This document shows, in pieces, positions 44,495 through 50,298 of a stretch of DNA of 50,298 nt. Every line of letters starts with the position of its first letter. Positions within the stretch are counted from its first letter, which is position 1. The DNA is from a virus (Duplodnaviria; Caudoviricetes), in IMG/VR virus record IMGVR_UViG_3300019360_000017, positions 1 to 50,298 of that record. The stretch is one strand, 5' to 3'. The notes below the pieces were generated by a model that had not been told where the DNA came from, did not search any database, and saw only the letters and a program-made list of their open reading frames with translations. A program made the position numbers and the translations under genes.

Positions 44495-45461
44495 GACGCG
44501 ACGCCTGCGCGGTGCGCGCGTGCGCACGCGACGTGTCGGCCGCAGACAGGCCGGGCGTGTGCGGTGCTGCCGTTGGCACCTCGATAGGCGCGGCCGTGGC
44601 CTCGACGGCCGATGGCGAGGGGACGTCGGCCGTCGCTGCGAGCTGCGCCGTCAGCGTGTCCAGCGTGGCAGGCGCCGGCCCTGCGGCCGGGGCGCCCGGA
44701 AGATCGATCGCGACCTCCCCGAAATCCTGGTCCTCGCCCTGGTCGGCTTGCTCGTCCTGACGGAGCGCGTGCGCGAGTTCGATCGATTTCGGCAGGTACT
44801 TGCAGAGCCGACGAATCACCGTTTTCTTGCACATCGCCTCGTAGTCGGTGATCCACGGGCCGCTGTCCCGTGACGCCGAGCGCTTCCGGATCGCCTCGAC
44901 TTCCGCAATCGACATGACGTCGAACGGCTTCAGATCGGGCTGGCGGTCCCACACGCCCGCGGCGTCCTTCTGCATCGGCATCACGGCCGGCTCGCGCACG
45001 TGCGCGACCGCATACACCCACTGCAACGCACCGGGCCGGTCCTCGCCGACTGGAATGTGCTCCAGGCGCTCGTCGAGTCCATACGCATACCGGAAATGAT
45101 CGTGCTCGCGGACAGCGCGCGGCATGATCGTACGGACGAATCCACTGCGCCGCGCCAGTTCCACAAGGCCCTGGTAGCCGACGATCAGTTGACACCGCTG
45201 CTTATACGGCACGAGATACGCGAAGCCCAGGCCCGGATCGAGGTCCAGGCCCCACGCGCCCGCCTGCATCATGCAACTCACCAGCGTGATCGGGTCGCAC
45301 TCCAGGAGCTTCGGCGTCGTACGGATAGTGCTCAGCGTGATACGCGCAAAGCGTTGGTGGTCGATCCCGCGCGGGACCGCGCGTTGCAAGCCGGGCATCT
45401 GGCGTTGAATCAGCTCTCGAACGGTCTTGAGCCGGGTGTCGGTCGTGACGATCTGTCCCAC
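44454..45461 (-). CDS. recT: RecT-family ssDNA annealing recombinase (335 aa)
   Basis: PKLLECDP, GL.L...LG.AYLVPY, QLIVGYQGLVELARRSG, GPW.TDYEAM.KKTVIRRL.KYLPKS. Confidence 0.95.
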   Translation of the reverse strand: MGQIVTTDTRLKTVRELIQRQMPGLQRAVPRGIDHQRFARITLSTIRTTPKLLECDPITLVSCMMQAGAWGLDLDPGLGFAYLVPYKQRCQLIVGYQGLVELARRSGFVRTIMPRAVREHDHFRYAYGLDERLEHIPVGEDRPGALQWVYAVAHVREPAVMPMQKDAAGVWDRQPDLKPFDVMSIAEVEAIRKRSASRDSGPWITDYEAMCKKTVIRRLCKYLPKSIELAHALRQDEQADQGEDQDFGEVAIDLPGAPAAGPAPATLDTLTAQLAATADVPSPSAVEATAAPIEVPTAAPHTPGLSAADTSRAHARTAQASRHEPRRDRQPGEEG

Positions 45462-45612
45462 TCGCGTACCCTCCCGACGCGATCCGTGAGATCGCCGTCT
45501 TGCCATTCATCGTCGAGCTGCGACAGGGCATGATCCGCGCCGATGTCGGCGAGACGGCTTGCCTTCGCGCGCGCCCAAGCCGGCGGGATCCGTGGCAGCC
45601 GGGCGGACCGCG

Positions 45613-45780
45613 TCACCGATCCACTCCGTCCTGGCGCCGCGTGTGCCACTGCCGCCAGGACTCCGGCAGCCGGCGGCGGATCGCCTGCTCGATCCGCCAT
45701 GCGCGCACCAAGCCGACGACCGCCCACAGCACGCCCGCCACACCGCAGGCCAGCACCACGCCGAGCGCGAGACACATCAC
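45613..45780 (-). CDS. Small single-TM protein (55 aa)
   Basis: MMCLALGVVLACGVAGVLWAVVGLVRAWR...; GGGAGG RBS, overlaps upstream stop. Confidence 0.45.
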   Translation of the reverse strand: MMCLALGVVLACGVAGVLWAVVGLVRAWRIEQAIRRRLPESWRQWHTRRQDGVDR

Positions 45781-46100
45781 GGCCTCCCGTCGTCGGCGCG
45801 CGCCACCGGAGCCTTGCCGCGCGCGCGCCGTGGACGCGTCTCGCGGCGCTCTTCGGCCCAGGCGTACAGCATCTTGCCGTCACGCTTCGTGCGAATGGTG
45901 AACGGCGTGTCGGCACGCCTGCCGATCGCATTCAACCCCGACGCAAGCGTGCGTGCGTGCCGCTCGTCCGCGGCGTCGTAGACGATGCTCCCACCCTGCG
46001 TCAGCGTCTCCGTGAGGGCTTTCATCAACCCCTGGGGAGGCGGCGGGAGCGTCCGCACGGGTCGCTGCGTCGTGTACGCGAACATGTCCAACTGATGCAT
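45777..46100 (-). CDS. Hypothetical protein starting with clamp-binding-like QLDMF (107 aa)
   Basis: GAGG RBS; MHQLDMFAY... Confidence 0.6.
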   Translation of the reverse strand: MHQLDMFAYTTQRPVRTLPPPPQGLMKALTETLTQGGSIVYDAADERHARTLASGLNAIGRRADTPFTIRTKRDGKMLYAWAEERRETRPRRARGKAPVARADDGRP

Positions 46101-46143
46101 CGTGTCCTCGTGTGAAGTCGATGAGTGATCGGTCGTTCCAGAA

Positions 46144-47061
46144 TCAGCGATCGATGCGCCGTAGGATGCGCGTGGCACCGACGTTCGCGGTGTATGCCTT
46201 CCGCGTCTTCCAGGTGTATCGCACGCCGGTCGGCAGCACGCCTACCGCGGCGGTTCCGAGTGCGGCGCGCAGTCGGTTTTCGCACTCGTGTTTGATGTCT
46301 TCATGCGTCGCGATGATCTCCATCGAGAGCCGGCGCTCGCGGTCCCATTCGACGGCGTCCACGGGCAACGCGATCGTCTCCTCCGTCTCCTGCGGATAGA
46401 GCTGCTGAAGAATGTCGCTTGACGCTTTCGAGGCGTCAGGCGGTGGCGGGTCGCGCTGCTGGACGCGCTGCCAGAAGCGCTCTTCCGCAAGCATCAGTTC
46501 TGCGATGAACGCGTCGTTGCGGGCGACGTCTTGCCAGACGAACGTGTGTCCACCAATCAAGCAGGCGATCGAACCCCACTGATGGCCGCTCACCGCGAGC
46601 TGATGCTGAAGCTGCACCTGATAGGCGAGCGGCGGTTCCTCGCGCCACACCTCGCGCTTGAACGCGTCCGCGGTCTTCAGTTCGAGCACGCCGATCTGTT
46701 CGAGAGGGGGAGGATGCGGAGCATCGGTCCACTCGACCACGAGGCGGTCGAGCGTGGCGATCATCCACGGCGCCGAGCCGTGGCGTTCGAGGGTGAAGTC
46801 GCCAGGATCGTACGTGCGCCGACCAGTGTCCTCTTCGTACGCCTGGGTGATGGCGGGTTCGAGGCGATGGCCCCAGCGTAACCGGTCCGTGTCGTCCTCG
46901 GGCAACGGGACGAGGCCGGCCTTTTCAGCGTAGAGCGCAAGGGGACTCTTCCACGTGGTCAGGCCGAGGATAACCGGGGCGTCACTGGAGCCGATTCCCT
47001 GCCGGCGAGCTTCCAACCATTCCGCCCGTGCGGCAGCGCGGGCATCGCGAGACATCAACAT
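46144..47061 (-). CDS. YqaJ-family viral recombinase exonuclease (305 aa)
   Basis: WLEARRQGIGSSDA...WG..LEP...ATLDR...LELKT...YQVQLQHQL. Confidence 0.95.
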   Translation of the reverse strand: MLMSRDARAAARAEWLEARRQGIGSSDAPVILGLTTWKSPLALYAEKAGLVPLPEDDTDRLRWGHRLEPAITQAYEEDTGRRTYDPGDFTLERHGSAPWMIATLDRLVVEWTDAPHPPPLEQIGVLELKTADAFKREVWREEPPLAYQVQLQHQLAVSGHQWGSIACLIGGHTFVWQDVARNDAFIAELMLAEERFWQRVQQRDPPPPDASKASSDILQQLYPQETEETIALPVDAVEWDRERRLSMEIIATHEDIKHECENRLRAALGTAAVGVLPTGVRYTWKTRKAYTANVGATRILRRIDR

Positions 47062-47100
47062 GCGGTCCTCCGTTGGGGTGGACCGCTTGGTTGAGGGACC

Positions 47101-47136
47101 GGGCGCAGTGTGATCCTTTTGTGATCCACTGCGCCC
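47101..47136. promoter_or_regulatory. Hairpin enclosing two TGTGATCC direct repeats near att (terminator/sib-like and/or integrase arm sites)
   Basis: GGGCGCAGTG ... CACTGCGCCC perfect 10-bp stem; TGTGATCC at 47109 and 47120. Confidence 0.5.
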
Positions 47137-47241
47137 CACATGTGCCGTTTTCAGTCGAGGTCTGAGACTGACGGCGATGCGAGATGCGCTGAAAATGGCC
47201 TGATTCTACGTGGGGCTACGTCTGAGAGAGCCGGCGCCCTA

Positions 47242-47286
47242 CTTTTAAGCGGTTGGTCCCGAGTTCGATCCTCGGGCGGCCCACCA
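47242..47286 (+). other. attR: duplicated 3' part of tRNA-Lys(UUU)
   Basis: CTTTTAA anticodon loop, GCGGT, T-arm CCGAG-TTCGATC-CTCGG, acceptor strand GCGGCCC-A-CCA; no pairing 5' anticodon stem or D-arm upstream. Confidence 0.85.
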
Positions 47287-47628
47287 ATCCAACCCATCAC
47301 GCAACTGACGTTTGACGATCGTGACGTGCGGTCCGGGCGCAGCCCTGTGTCGTTGGGGCACGTCCATTCGTGCGCAGACAGCACAGCACCGGTTTCGTGC
47401 GCCGCCGCTGCTACGACGAGTTCGTCAATCACCCGTCGCTGCTTGCGCGACGCGTGGATCAGCTCACTCTGGCACGCCTCCTGCTTGAGAGCATGACGCT
47501 GTTCTGACGCGTCGCACCCTGCTCTCCCGCTCGTATCGTCCCGCGCCCTTTGTCTGATCGTGGAGGCCCCCTTTTTCGCGGCACGCCGTCCCCCATCGTA
47601 GTCCGTCCGGCAAACGAAGGAGAGACTG

Positions 47629-50049
47629 ATGACTGTTTCACGCTCGTCTCGTGTCGTCGTGTGTCTGCTGAGCGTCGCCGCATTCCTGGTCGTATCGCCG
47701 CGTCCGTCGACCGCGCTTCCGTGTTGCGGACCGCCTCCGCTGACGCTGGTTGCCGGGCCGGATGGTCATCTGTGGTTTGCCGACTATGCGAACAATCAGA
47801 TCGGCCGTGCCACGACCGCAGGCGTCGTCACCGTTTTTCCGCTGCCGACGGCCGGCGCGCGGCCGAGCAAGATCGTGGTGGGTAGCGACGGGGCGCTGTG
47901 GTTCACGGAGCTGGCGGTCGGCAAGATTGGACGCATCACGACGGCGGGCGCGATCACCGAGTTCGCCATTCCGACCTTTGGGTCGCTCCCGGTGCAGATC
48001 GCGGCGGGATCGGACGGCGCGCTGTGGTTTACCGAGCTCGGCGCGAACAAGATCGGCCGCATCACGACGCTGGGCGTCATCACGGAGTTCTCACTCGCAC
48101 CCGGCGCACGGCCCTTCGGCATTACCGCCGGTCCTGACGGAGCGCTTTGGTTTACACAGCAGTCGCTCGGACGCATCGGACGGATTACGACGGCTGGCTC
48201 GATCTCCGAGTTTCAGATTCCCACGCGTGGGGCGATTCCCGTCGAGATCGTCACGGGCGCCGATGGCCGCCTCTGGTTTGCCGAAACCGGCGGCAACGCG
48301 ATCGGGGCCGTGACGACATCGGGCGTGTTTACGGAATTTGTCCTTCCGACGAGCAATTCACTTCCCGAACGCGTGACGCGCGGGCCGGACGGCAATGTGT
48401 GGTTTGCCGCGGTGGGGAGCAATCGCGTCGGACGCATTACGCCCTCCGGCGTGGTGACGCAGTTCGCGGTGCCGACATCGAGCGCGCTGCCGGGTGGGAT
48501 CGCCACGGGACCAGATGGCCATCTGTGGTTCACGCAATACGCCACGCGCAAGCTTGCGCGGATGACGACGGCGGGCGCCATTACCGAGTTCGCGCTGCCG
48601 GGCGCCACGCTGGGGACGCCGTTCGTCGGCGCGATGCCGCTGGCGTACCTGAGTGCGACGGGGCCGGACGGTCTGGTCTGGTTCACGCAGAACGCTGCGA
48701 ACCGCATTGCGCGGGTCGACGGCGACGGCGCGTTTCTCGACTTCAAGATTCCAACACCCAACGCGTGGCCACAAGGGATCGTCGCCGGTCCAGATGATGC
48801 GCTCTGGTTCACGGAGCTGGCGGGAAACAAGATCGGACGGGTGACGGTCACGGGCGCGTTCACGGAATTTCCGCTGCCGACGCCAGGCGCGCGGCCGCAT
48901 CACATCACCGTTGGCCCAGACGGCCACCTCTGGTTCACCGAAGTCGGACCGGCGGCGATCGGTCGTCTCACCCTCGCGGGCGTCCTCACGGAGTTTCCGG
49001 TTCCATTCCCCAATGCGCTCCCAACCAAGATTACGGCTGGACCCGACGGCCACCTCTGGTTCACGGACGAGAGCCGTAGCTCGGTCGTTCGCCTGACAAC
49101 GGCCGGCGTCATGACGGAGTTCCCGACGCCGACGCCGGGCGCGTTGCCGCTCACGATCGTGGCAGGACCGGACGGCAATCTCTGGTTCACCGAAGAAGCG
49201 GCCAATAAGATCGGACGCATCACGCCCGCGGGAGCGATCACGGAATTCCCACTGCCGACGCCACTTGCGGGACCGTCCTTCATCACCGTCGGCCCCGATG
49301 GGAATCTCTGGTTCACGGAGCGTGACGCGAGCGCTATCGGCAAGATCACGCCCGCGGGGGCGATCACGGAAATGCCGCTGCCGACGTCCGGCGCCTATCC
49401 GCAAAGCATCGTTCAGGCTGCGGACGGGACGTTGGGTCTGGCCGCGTACGCCGCCAGCAAGATCGGCCAGAGCACGACGGCTGGCAGCATCACCGAGTTT
49501 GCGATTCCGCAAGACTTCGACATACGGGCCGTCGGCGCGCGTCTCAATCTTGCGGCGCCGGTGGGATCGGCGGCCATCTCCTGCACGCCGACGGGCGGCG
49601 TCGCAGACGATGCGGCGTCGGGGTTGACGTTGCCGGGCCTGGGCACACTCGGCATTCTGACGGCGCACGCGGACGCCGCGACGCAACCGACGCTCGGCAC
49701 GCAGGGCGGCTCCTCGTCTGCCGGCACCGCACGCATCAGCCTGCTCGGCGGTCTCATCACGGCGGACGAGATCCGGGCCTCGGCCAGCGTGTCAGGACCG
49801 CCGGGCCGCGGGACGGGCAATGTGGTCTTCTCCAATCTGCGCGTCCTCGGCCTGCCGATTGGCATCACGGTCGTGCCGAACACGGAGATTCCGCTGCTGT
49901 TGGGATTCGTCCGCCTGAATGAGCAGCGGGTGACGGCGACTGGCATCACGGTCACGGCGCTGCACCTCAATCTGCTCGGCGTCGATCTGGTGCTGTCACA
50001 GGCGGCCGCGCATGTGGTGGACTCGGCTACGGTCTGTCCGATCCGCTAG
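47629..50049 (+). CDS. Secreted Vgb (virginiamycin B lyase-like) repeat beta-propeller protein with C-terminal choice-of-anchor-like beta domain (806 aa); host gene
   Basis: Signal peptide; ~14 repeats of I..GPDG.LWFTE...NKIGRIT..G.ITEF.LP; C-terminal LLGGLITAD...LNEQ...ALHL. Confidence 0.85.
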   Translation: MTVSRSSRVVVCLLSVAAFLVVSPRPSTALPCCGPPPLTLVAGPDGHLWFADYANNQIGRATTAGVVTVFPLPTAGARPSKIVVGSDGALWFTELAVGKIGRITTAGAITEFAIPTFGSLPVQIAAGSDGALWFTELGANKIGRITTLGVITEFSLAPGARPFGITAGPDGALWFTQQSLGRIGRITTAGSISEFQIPTRGAIPVEIVTGADGRLWFAETGGNAIGAVTTSGVFTEFVLPTSNSLPERVTRGPDGNVWFAAVGSNRVGRITPSGVVTQFAVPTSSALPGGIATGPDGHLWFTQYATRKLARMTTAGAITEFALPGATLGTPFVGAMPLAYLSATGPDGLVWFTQNAANRIARVDGDGAFLDFKIPTPNAWPQGIVAGPDDALWFTELAGNKIGRVTVTGAFTEFPLPTPGARPHHITVGPDGHLWFTEVGPAAIGRLTLAGVLTEFPVPFPNALPTKITAGPDGHLWFTDESRSSVVRLTTAGVMTEFPTPTPGALPLTIVAGPDGNLWFTEEAANKIGRITPAGAITEFPLPTPLAGPSFITVGPDGNLWFTERDASAIGKITPAGAITEMPLPTSGAYPQSIVQAADGTLGLAAYAASKIGQSTTAGSITEFAIPQDFDIRAVGARLNLAAPVGSAAISCTPTGGVADDAASGLTLPGLGTLGILTAHADAATQPTLGTQGGSSSAGTARISLLGGLITADEIRASASVSGPPGRGTGNVVFSNLRVLGLPIGITVVPNTEIPLLLGFVRLNEQRVTATGITVTALHLNLLGVDLVLSQAAAHVVDSATVCPIR

Positions 50050-50050
50050 C

Positions 50051-50298
50051 TGTGATCTCTAATGAGGGTGTTCACTCGGAGCTCCTTGGAAAGAATGGGC
50101 GTTACCACACGTTCCGTTCGATCCGAGAGGAGACCCCGAGTGAAGCGCCATCCTAACGCGAAGACCACGCCCCATATGCGCGCCTTGCTCGTCGACCGGA
50201 TCCACGCCCAGCAGTGGCGGCCGTCTGTGGCCGCTCACGCGGCTGGCGTCCGCGTCCGCACGGCGTACAAATGGTTGGCGCGGTATCGCGCGGGCGGC
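50051..50298 (+). mobile_element. IS481-family insertion sequence, left end (truncated by window)
   Basis: Starts TGT right after GCTAGC (NCTAGN target typical of IS481); transposase N-terminus follows. Confidence 0.8.
50140..50298 (+). CDS. IS481-family transposase, N-terminal 53 aa
   Basis: GTG after GAGGAG; MKRHPNAKTTPHMRALLVDRI...AAGV.VRTAYKWLARYRAGG (H.NA..TP..R plus HTH). Confidence 0.85.
   Translation, partial: MKRHPNAKTTPHMRALLVDRIHAQQWRPSVAAHAAGVRVRTAYKWLARYRAGG

Larger units (their letters stand above)
1..47286. mobile_element. Integrated prophage (podovirus-like head/tail modules); left end lies outside the window
   Basis: Integrase N-terminus and xis at left; terminase, portal, capsid, adaptor, nozzle, fibre and ejection genes; RecT/YqaJ; ends at a tRNA 3' fragment (47242-47286) followed by host-type genes. 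Confidence 0.93.

Noticed and set aside
47211-47286. Complete tRNA-Lys gene
   Set aside because: Upstream GGGCTAC pairs only partly with the acceptor strand, there is no D-arm, and CCCTA cannot pair with GCGGT; treated as an att duplication
47629-50049. Streptogramin resistance gene vgb
   Set aside because: Signal peptide, doubled propeller and extra C-terminal domain indicate a secreted repeat protein rather than the ~300-aa cytoplasmic lyase
1-50298. CRISPR array or diversity-generating retroelement
   Set aside because: No repeat-spacer array, reverse transcriptase or adenine-variable TR/VR pair seen; the shared 50-aa module differs at synonymous positions of all bases

Overview
Nearly the whole window (1-47286) is one integrated temperate phage with a podovirus-like (P22/T7-type short tail) virion. 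The host is high-GC, and protein styles suggest Acidobacteriota/Vicinamibacteria (inference). Left arm, minus strand: integrase N-terminus at the window edge, excisionase, small early genes, a DUF3560-adenine methyltransferase and a DUF2786 protein. A ~1.37 kb divergent control region holds a 62-bp perfect inverted repeat. The plus-strand block encodes a primase-helicase with iteron-like repeats, terminase, portal, scaffold, capsid, adaptor, a tail-nozzle gene apparently split by a GT2 glycosyltransferase, tail fibre and ejection proteins. An accessory island (34-41.7 kb) carries two Cys-containing bacteriocin-like precursors, a putative immunity protein, an ECF sigma factor, a frameshifted anti-sigma and an Oar-like TonB-dependent transporter. 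The right arm, minus strand, has a holin, a non-canonical lysin candidate, replication initiator, RecT and YqaJ, and ends at a tRNA-Lys 3' fragment (attR). Outside the phage are a secreted Vgb-repeat beta-propeller protein and the left end of an IS481-family element. Top observations: the bacteriocin/TBDT/ECF island, a ~50-aa module shared by the methyltransferase and the giant ejection protein, the split nozzle with its glycosyltransferase, the long inverted repeat, and att-splitting of the leftward gene array with no recognisable CI repressor. All calls come from reading the sequence; no searches were run.
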